Shown in pieces: positions 9,452-20,610 of a stretch of DNA of 58,289 nucleotides. The stretch is from Acidimicrobiales bacterium (GTDB lineage Bacteria > Actinomycetota > Acidimicrobiia > Acidimicrobiales > SZUA-35). Position 1 is the stretch's first letter. Each line of letters begins with the position of its first letter. Where the stretch lies: the NCBI GenBank assembly GCA_020628305.1, contig JAHDFH010000005.1, positions 1 through 58,289 on the forward strand. Reading direction: 5' to 3'. The notes under the pieces were generated by a model, which did not search any database, had not been told where the DNA came from, and worked only from the letters and a program-made list of their open reading frames with translations. Made by a program: the position numbers and the translations under genes.

Positions 9452-10132
9452 CTAGCCCATCACCTCATAGATGATTCCGCTGGCGTCTCTATGAATCTGT
9501 TGGATGACTTCAGCAGTTTTGAGGCAGTAGATGAGATCTCGCGTTTCTCGAGTAGAGATTCTTGCAGCCTCCGCTACGTCTTTTGTGTTGAACTGCCTAG
9601 CAACAAGCTCTGTTGGTAGCAGTTGAAGCAAGTCACTGTTTGCTCGAAACTCAATAACTTCAAGCACTTCGTTCAGTTCTCTGTACTCAACTGCGAGCCC
9701 TCCCCTACGGCGCTTTTTCTTAGCATGAGGCGATCTAATTTCGTCTTCGCTGGTTAAGACCAGATCGAGGGTGAAGTTCGGGTGACTTAGCAACATTGGA
9801 AACGAAGCAAGTTCACGACAAAGATCGGTAGCCCTACCAGCTTTCGGAGATTTACGGCGAGAGACTTGCTGGCCCTGTGAATCAAGTTTGACGATCCACT
9901 TCGAAACTGTCACTGGATGAACAAGATGAATTTGGTAGCGGTCAAGAAGGGTGTCGAACTTTTTTCGCATCGCTGAAAATCCGGAAGTCTGAATCTCGAT
10001 GATCGATGTCCCGTTTCGGAGATCTGCTACGAACCCTTCTGTCGGAACTTCTACGTCGTCACCTGGCCTGCGGTAGATTTCTTTAAGAGCTGCATGCAAT
10101 GGGCTCTCATTAAGCGTTCCGATTTCACTCAC
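9452..10132 (-). CDS. Hypothetical protein, possible PD-(D/E)xK nuclease fold with C-terminal winged-helix-like domain
   Basis: 226-aa ORF. N-terminal ESPLHAALKE, then FVADL...SIIEIQ (a D...ExQ arrangement). C-terminal TKDVAEAARISTRETRDLIYCLK is HTH-like. No family name recognised. Confidence 0.45.
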   Translation of the reverse strand: MSEIGTLNESPLHAALKEIYRRPGDDVEVPTEGFVADLRNGTSIIEIQTSGFSAMRKKFDTLLDRYQIHLVHPVTVSKWIVKLDSQGQQVSRRKSPKAGRATDLCRELASFPMLLSHPNFTLDLVLTSEDEIRSPHAKKKRRRGGLAVEYRELNEVLEVIEFRANSDLLQLLPTELVARQFNTKDVAEAARISTRETRDLIYCLKTAEVIQQIHRDASGIIYEVMG

Positions 10133-10262
10133 TTGACTCTTAGTTTAACCAACCGAAGGGTGGCTTAGTGTAACACTCTGCTACCGGCGCAGTTTTGATG
10201 TATCTCAGTCCTGTCTACACCAACGAAGCTGTCAGATTCTGCGGGCTGGACTATTAGCTTTG

Positions 10263-10334
10263 CTCGGAGGGAAGGACTCGAACCCTCAATGTCTGGACCA
10301 GAACCAGATGTGTTGCCAATTACACCACCTCCGA
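10263..10334 (-). tRNA. tRNA-Gln (anticodon CUG), CCA not encoded
   Basis: Hand-folded cloverleaf: acceptor TCGGAGG/CCTCCGA, D arm GTGT/ACAC, anticodon stem TCTGG/CCAGA with loop TTCTGGT, T arm GAGGG-TTCGAGT-CCTTC. 72 nt. Confidence 0.9.
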
Positions 10335-10509
10335 ATATGTCACTCGTATAAGCGAGCTTCTACAGGCTAGCAGGTTCGTTAAGCAAAAGGGACAGGTTAG
10401 TTTGTTGGAATTTCAAGTTGAAAAAACCAGATCAGAAGAACCAGCGAACTAGTTGGGCTCTAGCTCGGTAGGGACAAATACCCCCGTCCCCAATGTCCCC
10501 CGACGCTAT

Positions 10510-11100
10510 CTACAACCAGGCATCTAGACGTCTGAAGCTGATGATTCGCCCCACCGAAACGCTTGCTGATTCTCTGAACAGCCTAAAAAAGCCAGCTTCT
10601 CCATCTGTTACAACAGCGTCGGCTTTCAAACCAAACTCTTCAGCAATCAGTTCAGATCGTTTCGCGTGGTACGGGTCTGTTACGACAATCACAGATTCAA
10701 CGCCATCGTCTTTCAAGAACCTGGCAGAAGCAGCTATCGACTCATATGTTGAGGTGCCTTGAACCTCAAGTTTCAGATTAGTTTCCGGAATGGTCCAACG
10801 GCCAGCTGAAAGAAAGTCATAACCAGTTTTTGCTTCAGTTGTAAGATCTCCTTGCTGCCCTCCACCGGTAACAACCACCGTCTGTACTCGGTCATCCAGA
10901 TACAGATCACCACCAGTCTCGAGCCGGGCCCTTAGCACTGGCGAAGGTTCACCGTTGTACTGTGCAGCACCAAGAATGATTGCAGCATCTGCCGAACCTT
11001 CAAAGCTAGATCTTGAACTGTTCCAAACACTTAGGAAGTTGAACGCAAAGTAAGTAAACCCTAGAACAAAGATAGATACAAAGATCTGGCGCTTACCCAT
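10510..11100 (-). CDS. YdcF/SanA/ElyC family (DUF218) membrane-anchored protein
   Basis: N-terminal TM helix, VVVTGGGQQGD and VIVVTDPYHAKRS, typical of DUF218. Confidence 0.75.
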   Translation of the reverse strand: MGKRQIFVSIFVLGFTYFAFNFLSVWNSSRSSFEGSADAAIILGAAQYNGEPSPVLRARLETGGDLYLDDRVQTVVVTGGGQQGDLTTEAKTGYDFLSAGRWTIPETNLKLEVQGTSTYESIAASARFLKDDGVESVIVVTDPYHAKRSELIAEEFGLKADAVVTDGEAGFFRLFRESASVSVGRIISFRRLDAWL

Positions 11101-11241
11101 ATGACAATGTTAGACCATTATGTCTTTGAGAAGAAAGCAAGCCATAAGCCTTAGGTACCATCGGGACCTGGTCCCGAACGTTTGGACGTCATAGATTTTT
11201 TGATCGGCTAGTGGAATATCTGACGAATATGGCCAGTTAGA

Positions 11242-11838
11242 GTGGTTATGAAGTTCATTGGTTCGCTTTCGTTTGCGTTTCTGGCAGGCCTAGCTTTGGC
11301 TGCTTGCTCTAGTGGTGAGGAAACCTCACTGGCTGAAGAGGTAGCCGAAGTTCAACAAACACAGGGCTCAACGCAGTCTGCTTCAGAACCATCTGACGAG
11401 TCTGTTCCCAGCGACGCTATTGGACCCGTTGCTACTGCTACTTTCCCAGGTTTAGATATCGCAGCGCTAGATCTTGAAGATGGATCAACCACAACGATTG
11501 CTCAATTAGTTGATGGCAGCAAGCCTGTCGTTCTCTATGGATACGCTCCTCACTGTCCAACGTGTCGAGCTCACGCAGCTAGCGAAATCAACGACTTTGT
11601 TGCAGCCAAGGGCGATGAGTATGAAGTTATTGCCGTTGGCACCACTGATGATGCTCAACAGGCTCAAGACTTCTACGACACAATCGGAGCCAACCATAAA
11701 GTCATCTGGTCCGGCGACAGAGATATTTGGGCATGGGCCAACGGTGGCAACGCATTCCAAAGAATGGTTGTGTTTAACGCTGATCTAAACCAAAAGAGCG
11801 ACACATTCTCTTTCTTTGAGATTTCTAACCTGCCTTAG
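11242..11838 (+). CDS. Thioredoxin-fold (TlpA/redoxin-like) lipoprotein
   Basis: Lipobox LALAAC, CPTC active-site motif in VVLYGYAPHCPTCRAH. Start is GTG 11242 or ATG 11248. Confidence 0.7.
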   Translation: MVMKFIGSLSFAFLAGLALAACSSGEETSLAEEVAEVQQTQGSTQSASEPSDESVPSDAIGPVATATFPGLDIAALDLEDGSTTTIAQLVDGSKPVVLYGYAPHCPTCRAHAASEINDFVAAKGDEYEVIAVGTTDDAQQAQDFYDTIGANHKVIWSGDRDIWAWANGGNAFQRMVVFNADLNQKSDTFSFFEISNLP

Positions 11839-13241
11839 TTTGGCAGTCTCTCTAAGGCGCTTTCTAGCCGGGCTTTCATCACGGCTCTGTCAGCTAACGC
11901 CATAGGCTCAAACAGTGGCAAACCAAAACGTGAACCACTAACTGCCAGACGAACAGGCAGCTGGGTTTTCACGTCTAGCTCTTTGCCTACTCCAAACACT
12001 AACTCCTCAAGAGCTGCTGGGGTCCAATCGACATCATCGATGCGGCTGAGAATAGTTTCCAGCGCCTGCTTCACACCATCTTTGCCCATAACTTTGCGCC
12101 AGTCTTTGTCCGAAGGTTCTGGGGCATCTGCCACCACCCACTCAACCAACTCAGGTCCTTCTGCTAAGAACTTGACCCGCTCTTGCACCAAGCTAGCTAG
12201 CTCAGTGAAAACAGCCTTCTGATGTGGTTGGATGTGTGGTTCTGAACGTTGTAAGAAATCAGACGTCTCCAGGTTGCGGATATATTCAGCATTGAAATGC
12301 TCGAGCTTTTTCACATCAAAAAATGCTGGCGACTTTACAACATCTTCAATTTCAAACATTTCTGAAATTTCTGTGATGGGTCGAATCTCTTGACCATCTT
12401 TTGGGCCCCAACCCAGCGTTGCAAGATAATTAGCCATCGCTTCTGGCAGGTAACCCTTATCTTTGTAATCACCAACTGCTACGTCGTCTCGACGCTTAGA
12501 CAGTTTCTGTCTCTTCTCATTAACTATGAGAGGCAAGTGTGCATAAACAGGATGCGAAGTGGCACCCATAGCCTCACGTAGCAGCAAAACTCTAGGAACA
12601 GTGTTGACAAGGTCCTCTCCCCTAATGACGTGGGTAATGTTCATGTCTAAATCGTCATAGGCATTCGCTACGTGAAACATTGGAACTCCGTTAGAGCGGA
12701 CAATGACGAAGTCTTCAAGGTGTTGCGCTTCAAACTCCACGGTTCCTCTAATGGCATCATCCCAAGAAATAACCCCCTCATCTGGGGTTCTAAAGCGCAC
12801 TACTACGCCATCACCAGGCTCGATAGCTCGATCACGACAATGCCCATCGTAGCCTGGTGCTCCACCACGCTCTTTGGCTCGTTCCTGAACTGCTTCCTGG
12901 GAACAGTCGCAGCGGTATGCTTTGCCTGCTTCCAACATGTCATGAGCTACCCGTCGGTAATCATCGAAACGGTCAGACTGGCGATACTCTTCGTCCCAAT
13001 CCATACCTAACCATGCCAAGCTCCCATAAATAGCTTCAATCAGATCGTCTGAGGAGCGATCCGTGTCGGTATCTTCGATACGCAAAATCATAGTTCCCCC
13101 CTTACCACGGGCGTACAACCAGTTAAATAGGGCCGATCGGGCTGAACCGACATGAAGGAAACCTGTCGGAGCTGGGGAAAATCGAACGCGGATCTTTGAA
13201 TCAGTGCTTGTCACATCATCCAATCTAGCTGTATTCAGCAT
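11835..13241 (-). CDS. gltX: Glutamate--tRNA ligase
   Basis: RFSPAPTGFLHVGSARSAL (HIGH), KLSKR (KMSKS), 468 aa. Confidence 0.96.
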   Translation of the reverse strand: MLNTARLDDVTSTDSKIRVRFSPAPTGFLHVGSARSALFNWLYARGKGGTMILRIEDTDTDRSSDDLIEAIYGSLAWLGMDWDEEYRQSDRFDDYRRVAHDMLEAGKAYRCDCSQEAVQERAKERGGAPGYDGHCRDRAIEPGDGVVVRFRTPDEGVISWDDAIRGTVEFEAQHLEDFVIVRSNGVPMFHVANAYDDLDMNITHVIRGEDLVNTVPRVLLLREAMGATSHPVYAHLPLIVNEKRQKLSKRRDDVAVGDYKDKGYLPEAMANYLATLGWGPKDGQEIRPITEISEMFEIEDVVKSPAFFDVKKLEHFNAEYIRNLETSDFLQRSEPHIQPHQKAVFTELASLVQERVKFLAEGPELVEWVVADAPEPSDKDWRKVMGKDGVKQALETILSRIDDVDWTPAALEELVFGVGKELDVKTQLPVRLAVSGSRFGLPLFEPMALADRAVMKARLESALERLPN

Positions 13242-13338
13242 GCTTCGGTGGCTTCTCCTAGCTCAATAGACCCATTCCTACATGACCTTTTGCTATCCAA
13301 CTACGCCTAGAAAATTACCCAAAGACCACGTAAACTAG

Positions 13339-14613
13339 GTGTTGGTGGAAATTATCAAATCTCTAGCGGACAAACTGAATATCTCACGTGAGCACCAGCT
13401 AATTGCAGTCTTATTATTCACAATGGCCCTGTTCGTGACGGTAGTTGTGTTGACCTTCACTAACTCTGGCGATCAACTGGCAACTACTGATCAAACTGGC
13501 CAGCAAATAGAAGGATCTCGCTCAAACCAGCCGCAAATTAGCGCTACCACCCTGCTCGCAGGGCCAACCACACAGAATTTGGACAACTCCACTCATTCCG
13601 GACATAACCATTCTGGTGATGTGAACAATGCAAACCTCGAGCCATTCAGAAACGACAATCCTGCATTCTCAAGGTTTACAAACGTTCCGAGTAACCAACT
13701 CAGCATAAGCGCACTAACCGTTTCCGGCCCCTCTGATAACGGACCCGGACCTGGTGGTGAAGCACAGTTTCGAGCACGCTGTCATTTCTCGCATCTTGCC
13801 TATGATGATCCGATTGTGCATCCTGGCCAGCCAGGTGCATCGCACCTGCACATGTTCTACGGCAACACCGGAGTCGATGGCAACACAACTGATGAGTCGT
13901 TAGTGAATTCGGGTGGTGGGAGCTGTCAAGGCTTCGAACTCAACCGCACAGGCTACTGGATGCCAGCGCTGCTTGATGGTGATAACAACGTTCGAGTTCC
14001 TGACAACATCGATATGTACTACAAAACCCGCAATGCTGATCAGGTTGTTAAATATCCACAAGGGTTAAAGATGATCGCTGGAGCTCCGAATTCAAGATCT
14101 CTTGGTTGGCAATGTTCAGATGGCACAGGCGGCAGCTACCCTGCACAACAAATTCCTGACAACTGCCCTAATAGTCGGTTGAAGATGTCTGTTATCTTTC
14201 CGGACTGTTGGGATGGTCGATTGGATTCTGATGACCACATGTCACATCTTTATGCAACTGCAGGAACTGGCTCGGAGCAGTGCCCTGCGTCTCACCCGCA
14301 ACGATTGGTTGAGTTCTCAATCAACGTTTATTGGAGCGTTGGCGGTGAGGATCTGCGAAGCTGGAAAATCTCATCAGATGAAGAAATGGGCGGCTCTCGT
14401 GGAAGCTCACTACATGCTGACTGGTATGGCGGCTGGAATGAAACAGTTCAAGACACCTGGTTCAACAATTGTATTAAGTCGGTGAAGGGCTGCTCGTTGG
14501 GGCAAACAGGGACTCCTCAACAGCTAGCTTTGAGAGGACCCGGCGAAAGCTACCCCAACGGCGTTGGCGATGGAAACTACTCTGGGCCAAAAATCATCGA
14601 CATCGGTCTGTAG
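13339..14613 (+). CDS. DUF1996 domain-containing membrane-anchored protein
   Basis: N-terminal TM helix, then YDDPIVHPGQPGASHLHMFYGN and CQGFELNRTGYWMPALL, which I recognise as the DUF1996 signature. GTG start. Confidence 0.6.
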   Translation: MLVEIIKSLADKLNISREHQLIAVLLFTMALFVTVVVLTFTNSGDQLATTDQTGQQIEGSRSNQPQISATTLLAGPTTQNLDNSTHSGHNHSGDVNNANLEPFRNDNPAFSRFTNVPSNQLSISALTVSGPSDNGPGPGGEAQFRARCHFSHLAYDDPIVHPGQPGASHLHMFYGNTGVDGNTTDESLVNSGGGSCQGFELNRTGYWMPALLDGDNNVRVPDNIDMYYKTRNADQVVKYPQGLKMIAGAPNSRSLGWQCSDGTGGSYPAQQIPDNCPNSRLKMSVIFPDCWDGRLDSDDHMSHLYATAGTGSEQCPASHPQRLVEFSINVYWSVGGEDLRSWKISSDEEMGGSRGSSLHADWYGGWNETVQDTWFNNCIKSVKGCSLGQTGTPQQLALRGPGESYPNGVGDGNYSGPKIIDIGL

Positions 14614-14623
14614 CAAACCGCAG

Positions 14624-15217
14624 CTACAGGTATTCAGTAACAAGCTCCACATCAAACGCTGTTTGCCAATCCTTAGCAGCTTCGGCTTCGATTGTCTGGA
14701 TTGATTGTTTCAAGAAAACTGAATCCACTAGGTCTACTACCCTGCGTCGTTCTTTGTAGTGAACGCCGTGATCAACTCCTGCGAATACGTGTTCTCGCAA
14801 CTTTACTAAAGAGGGGTTAACGGCTGAATTCAAAAACCCGTAAAGGCAGAAAGCGGCCTGAAGATCATGAATCATAGGAGCTCTACCAAAGAGTGACGCT
14901 CTTTTCATCGCTACCTCGATACAACCAGCGACAGCGTCGTGATGATCCACTGAACCGGTCTGGAGTTTGTCTTCAAAGTGCTTAACTAACGAAAGTGCAT
15001 AGCCTTGATCAGGTCCGGGCGATCCCTGCATAAGTCCATCGTCTCCGCCTGATCCAACTAGGTCTCCTGGCCGGTCCGCCGACCAGCCTCCAGGACGCTG
15101 TGGAGGGGATGAGTAGTTAGACACATTCTGATCGGGAACAAACTTAGGCGCTGACACTCCTGCAAATATAGCCAACCTGAACCACCCCTCGCACAAACCA
15201 GGAAATATCTTGAGCAC
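14624..15217 (-). CDS. Hypothetical protein
   Basis: 197-aa ORF with GTG start preceded by AGAGGT. Pro/Gly-rich N-terminal third, then a helical domain. No family recognised. Confidence 0.55.
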   Translation of the reverse strand: MLKIFPGLCEGWFRLAIFAGVSAPKFVPDQNVSNYSSPPQRPGGWSADRPGDLVGSGGDDGLMQGSPGPDQGYALSLVKHFEDKLQTGSVDHHDAVAGCIEVAMKRASLFGRAPMIHDLQAAFCLYGFLNSAVNPSLVKLREHVFAGVDHGVHYKERRRVVDLVDSVFLKQSIQTIEAEAAKDWQTAFDVELVTEYL

Positions 15218-15255
15218 ATTTACCTCTACCCACTAGGTCCAGCTGGTACGATACG

Positions 15256-15690
15256 ATGGTCGTAGGCGCTATGGGAAACCTTTCACAACGTAAGATTGCA
15301 TTGAGGGAAGCTAACGCTGTTGTGCGCCGCATTCAACAAAGGCGAGTAGCTGTAATGGACCGCAGCCGCTCTCGTGAGCAAAAAACTCGGCGCCACATAA
15401 GGTTCTTGTTCAATACTAATCGCTACGTCAAGCTTAGAGACCTAAGCATCCAAATCTCTAGCCGCCGCCGACGAAGGCGCAGCGTACTATCAGAGCTCAG
15501 CGCTGACTGGCATACCGGGCAAAGCCTTGTATATGAACTTGAGAACAAAGACTCAAATCTCGAAACTATCACAGCAGAATTAGACGCATTGATTTCCAAA
15601 TACCCACGTCTAGGTCTAAAACATCGCTTTTCAAGCGGCAAACTAAGCGATCTAGTACGCAACAAGGGCGACGTAAAAAGCGCCGCTTAG
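15256..15690 (+). CDS. Hypothetical protein, highly basic (Arg-rich)
   Basis: 144-aa ORF with an RRRRRR run. No obvious SD and no recognisable motifs. Coding status uncertain. Confidence 0.35.
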   Translation: MVVGAMGNLSQRKIALREANAVVRRIQQRRVAVMDRSRSREQKTRRHIRFLFNTNRYVKLRDLSIQISSRRRRRRSVLSELSADWHTGQSLVYELENKDSNLETITAELDALISKYPRLGLKHRFSSGKLSDLVRNKGDVKSAA

Positions 15691-15708
15691 TGCTTTAAAA
15701 TTGAAGTT

Positions 15709-16215
15709 ATGGGAAAGGCGAAAGCGACTGCGAACTCCGAATCTGTTTTTGTGTTCATGTATCTCTCAGATAATGACGAGCTCAACTACAAGTGGACCAG
15801 AACCTCCTTTGGTATCAGAACGCTTGTTAACTCGGAAGATCAATTTGGCAAGACAATTAGAGTGCATCGCCAATACGTCTTTGAGATTCCATCGACTGGT
15901 CCGGTGAGCCTAGTCAAGGTCAGACAAAAAACTAATGCTGGTTTCACGGAAGAAGCTGAGCTTAAAGTCAATTTCAATAACGTCCCCCACCCAAATACAC
16001 AGCGTCTAGAGTTTCAGGAAAAAGCGCTGCATATCATCGAGGTCTGCGATGGCTTGGCAGATGAATACGATAGTCCCGCTCGAAATCTCTACCAGCCAGG
16101 GCTTCCGACTCCTGAAACCTCTCCAAGTAGCAAGACGGACGTAGGTAAAAGAAACCCATCAAATAGATCAGGGACTAGATCGAGCACGCTGACCTGCCCA
16201 ACTAGAACTAGGTAG
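15709..16215 (+). CDS. Hypothetical protein
   Basis: 168-aa ORF. Looks beta-rich at the N-terminus with a low-complexity S/T/P/R tail. No recognisable motifs. Confidence 0.4.
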   Translation: MGKAKATANSESVFVFMYLSDNDELNYKWTRTSFGIRTLVNSEDQFGKTIRVHRQYVFEIPSTGPVSLVKVRQKTNAGFTEEAELKVNFNNVPHPNTQRLEFQEKALHIIEVCDGLADEYDSPARNLYQPGLPTPETSPSSKTDVGKRNPSNRSGTRSSTLTCPTRTR

Positions 16216-16463
16216 CATCGCACGCCCGAAATAACGGCCACCCACCAAAATTCAAAGTTTCTATGCCATTCGGGGCTAAGCCCGACCCATAGCGAGCATG
16301 CAACTATACATCTGGCGCACTGCCACCAACTCAATACTCTTATTCCGGCCGTTCGTGCCAAGCCGCTCCAATCGCTCGGATAAGGCTCGTGCACTCTGAG
16401 CCCAAGCACCCAATGCCACGGAATAAGCTAAATTGAATCAATAAAGCGACCGATTAAACCTTA

Positions 16464-17525
16464 GTGGGCTCTAAAAACCGTCGAAAGACAGACAAAGACT
16501 CTGAACGCCTAGCGATTGAGCTGACTGGGGTATCCCGAAGCTTCAACGATAACGTGGCGCTTGATAACCTCGATCTAGCTATACCTTACAACCAGATCAC
16601 CGTTCTCTTAGGACCTAACGGAGCTGGCAAAACAACCGCAATTCGCACCATCACTGGGGCCTTAGCAACACAGGCCGGAACCACCCGAGTGTTTGGAATG
16701 GATCCAACCGAACATGGCGAGAGCGTGCGCTCCCGCTGCGGGATAGTCTCAGCCAAGCCTGCTCTGTATGATCGACTTTCAGGTTGGGATAATTTACGCT
16801 ACGCAGCCGAGCTCTATGGGCTTGGCAAAAACTCAGAAGTTGATGTCACAATTACTGAGGCCGCTAATCGTTTCGACATACTAGACGCACTCGACAACAA
16901 AGTTGGCGGTTACTCAACCGGTATGAAGACTCGCCTCGCTTTGGCTCGATCCATACTGCACGAACCTGAGCTGTTACTATTCGATGAGCCAACGAGTGGC
17001 CTAGATCCAGAATCCGCGGCCGCTGTACTTGAACTCATACGAACGCTAACTGATCGCGGCAATACAGTCCTGATGTGCACCCATCACTTGGTCGAAGCAG
17101 AAGGACTAGCCGACAACATCGTCATGCTTGAGTCAGGCCATCAGCTGCTAGCTGGAAGGCCAAAGGAACTTAGCAGCCAGCTTTGGCCAACTAAGCAAGT
17201 CAGAATAACCTCTTCACCCAACAACACCCAAGATGAGCTCACAACAAGTATCTCAACAATCGCACAAACCCTCAAGCAAGGAATCGCGCTTCGAGAACAA
17301 CAAGACCATTCTGTGTTGCTCAATATTGAATCTGAAGACTTGGTCCCCCGAGTAGTTGCAGATCTCGTCAATTCAGGAATCCAGATAGCCAAAGTCGAGC
17401 CCATAGATCACACCCTCGAACAGCTTTACTTTGAAGTCCGTCGCAGACACGCAAATGGACAACACGAAGATAGAAACAGCAGTGGGATCCCCCAGCAAGA
17501 TCTAGTTGGAGTCCAATCGTCATGA
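16464..17525 (+). CDS. ABC transporter ATP-binding protein (ABC-2/NatA-like) with C-terminal extension
   Basis: Walker A GPNGAGKTT, signature YSTGMKTRL, Walker B LLLFDEPTSGLD, H-loop CTHH. Confidence 0.92.
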   Translation: MGSKNRRKTDKDSERLAIELTGVSRSFNDNVALDNLDLAIPYNQITVLLGPNGAGKTTAIRTITGALATQAGTTRVFGMDPTEHGESVRSRCGIVSAKPALYDRLSGWDNLRYAAELYGLGKNSEVDVTITEAANRFDILDALDNKVGGYSTGMKTRLALARSILHEPELLLFDEPTSGLDPESAAAVLELIRTLTDRGNTVLMCTHHLVEAEGLADNIVMLESGHQLLAGRPKELSSQLWPTKQVRITSSPNNTQDELTTSISTIAQTLKQGIALREQQDHSVLLNIESEDLVPRVVADLVNSGIQIAKVEPIDHTLEQLYFEVRRRHANGQHEDRNSSGIPQQDLVGVQSS

Positions 17526-18346
17526 ATTTTAATCATGTGAAAGCAGTGACCCGGACTGATCTGAAGCAACTCTTGTATGCAAGGGACTTTTGGATGCCAA
17601 TGCTAATTCTGGGTGGGATGTTCTTCGCAGTCTTACCGATAACGCTCCTACTTGCCATCTCAAGCCTCGGCGATGTCGAAACCGTAGCTAAGGTTGCCGG
17701 CGCCATCGACGTACTACCACAATCAGCGCAAGAGCAGATACGGGGAGACACAGAATCAGGCCGAACCATGTATGCACTTGCAGTGTTCTTGTTCGCACCA
17801 ATGGCGATCGTAGTTCCACTAACAATTTCTACAGCTGTTGGCGCAGCAACGATCGTAGGAGAACGTGAAAAAGGCACTGGTGAATTCTTAGCCCATTCAC
17901 CAGCCGGTGTACACGAAATCTACTTAGGTAAGCTGCTAGCGAGTATGATCCCCGGTTATGGCACGGCTCTAGTTGGCTTCACAGTTTACTCATTTATTGT
18001 CAACACGATTGTTGGACCTGAAGTCGGTGGCTGGTTCTTCCCCACTAAAGAATGGTGGGTGTTAATGCTCTGGGTTGTGCCACCGTTCCTAGCACTCACT
18101 CTTTCAATCATTCTAAGGTTATCGGCCAAAGTTAAGTCGACTGCTGCTGCGCAGCAAGCGTCTGGTCTGGTAACTTTGCCCTTGATAGGAATCGCTTACA
18201 GCCAATCGACAGGTACGCTATTTGGTGCATCTAGCGCAGCCTACTATATAGGGGCCATTGTTTGGGTTGCTGCATTGATCATGCTTTGGCGTGGCATGAA
18301 ATCAGTTCAACGATCGCGCCTTCTCGGCATCTCCGACGGCATCTAG
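17522..18346 (+). CDS. ABC-2 type transporter permease
   Basis: Translationally coupled (ATGA) to the ATPase. Multi-pass hydrophobic 274-aa protein. Confidence 0.8.
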   Translation: MNFNHVKAVTRTDLKQLLYARDFWMPMLILGGMFFAVLPITLLLAISSLGDVETVAKVAGAIDVLPQSAQEQIRGDTESGRTMYALAVFLFAPMAIVVPLTISTAVGAATIVGEREKGTGEFLAHSPAGVHEIYLGKLLASMIPGYGTALVGFTVYSFIVNTIVGPEVGGWFFPTKEWWVLMLWVVPPFLALTLSIILRLSAKVKSTAAAQQASGLVTLPLIGIAYSQSTGTLFGASSAAYYIGAIVWVAALIMLWRGMKSVQRSRLLGISDGI

Positions 18347-18437
18347 CTCTTTAATCCTGACGGAGTTTTCTAAAAGCATAAAGGCCAGCCCCGCAAAACG
18401 ACCATCGAGACCTGTCCCCAAGGTTGCCCAAGGTTAC

Positions 18438-18478
18438 AAAAAGGTGAAAGGGCCGGCCCTACAATAGGACCGACCCTT
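18438..18478 (-). terminator. Rho-independent terminator downstream of groEL
   Basis: Minus strand: AAGGGTCGGTCC-TATTGTA-GGGCCGGCCCTT (12-bp stem with 2 G-U pairs), then TCACCTTTTT. Confidence 0.7.
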
Positions 18479-18510
18479 CAATAACTAAGCGAAGTGCTTG
18501 AGCTACATGA

Positions 18511-20453
<1,943 letters not shown>

Positions 20454-20497
20454 TAGCTTCCTTTTTCCTATAGATTAACTACAACCGAGAACTTCAA

Positions 20498-20524
20498 TTA
20501 GCACTCGGCGGCTATGACTGCTAA
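20498..20524 (-). promoter_or_regulatory. CIRCE operator (HrcA binding site)
   Basis: TTAGCACTC-N9-GACTGCTAA. One mismatch to the consensus TTAGCACTC-N9-GAGTGCTAA. It sits 45-70 nt upstream of groES. Confidence 0.85.
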
Positions 20525-20610
20525 TCATAGCAACTAGGTCTGACAGCTTCCAACCTTAAACCCAGGGATTCGAACGATCGAATAGGACCGTCCCTACCGT
20601 ACTGTCGTAC

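Noticed and set aside
9370-10262. Integrated mobile element at the 3' end of tRNA-Gln.
   Set aside because: There is no integrase or recombinase. I could not find a direct repeat of the tRNA 3' end. The interval holds only one ORF.
10468-10508. C-rich hairpin region (GGGAC-AAATACCCCC-GTCCC, then GTCCCCCGAC) reminiscent of the actinobacterial 6C sRNA motif.
   Set aside because: The C runs are only 5 nt and the second stem is 3 bp. The element abuts the YdcF-like stop and the strand is ambiguous. It would need a covariance-model scan (Rfam 6C) before any call.
16089-16409. 106-aa Trp-rich minus-strand ORF spanning the gap before the ABC transporter.
   Set aside because: It has an implausible composition (many W/C), overlaps the end of the 15709-16215 ORF, and has no SD or motif.
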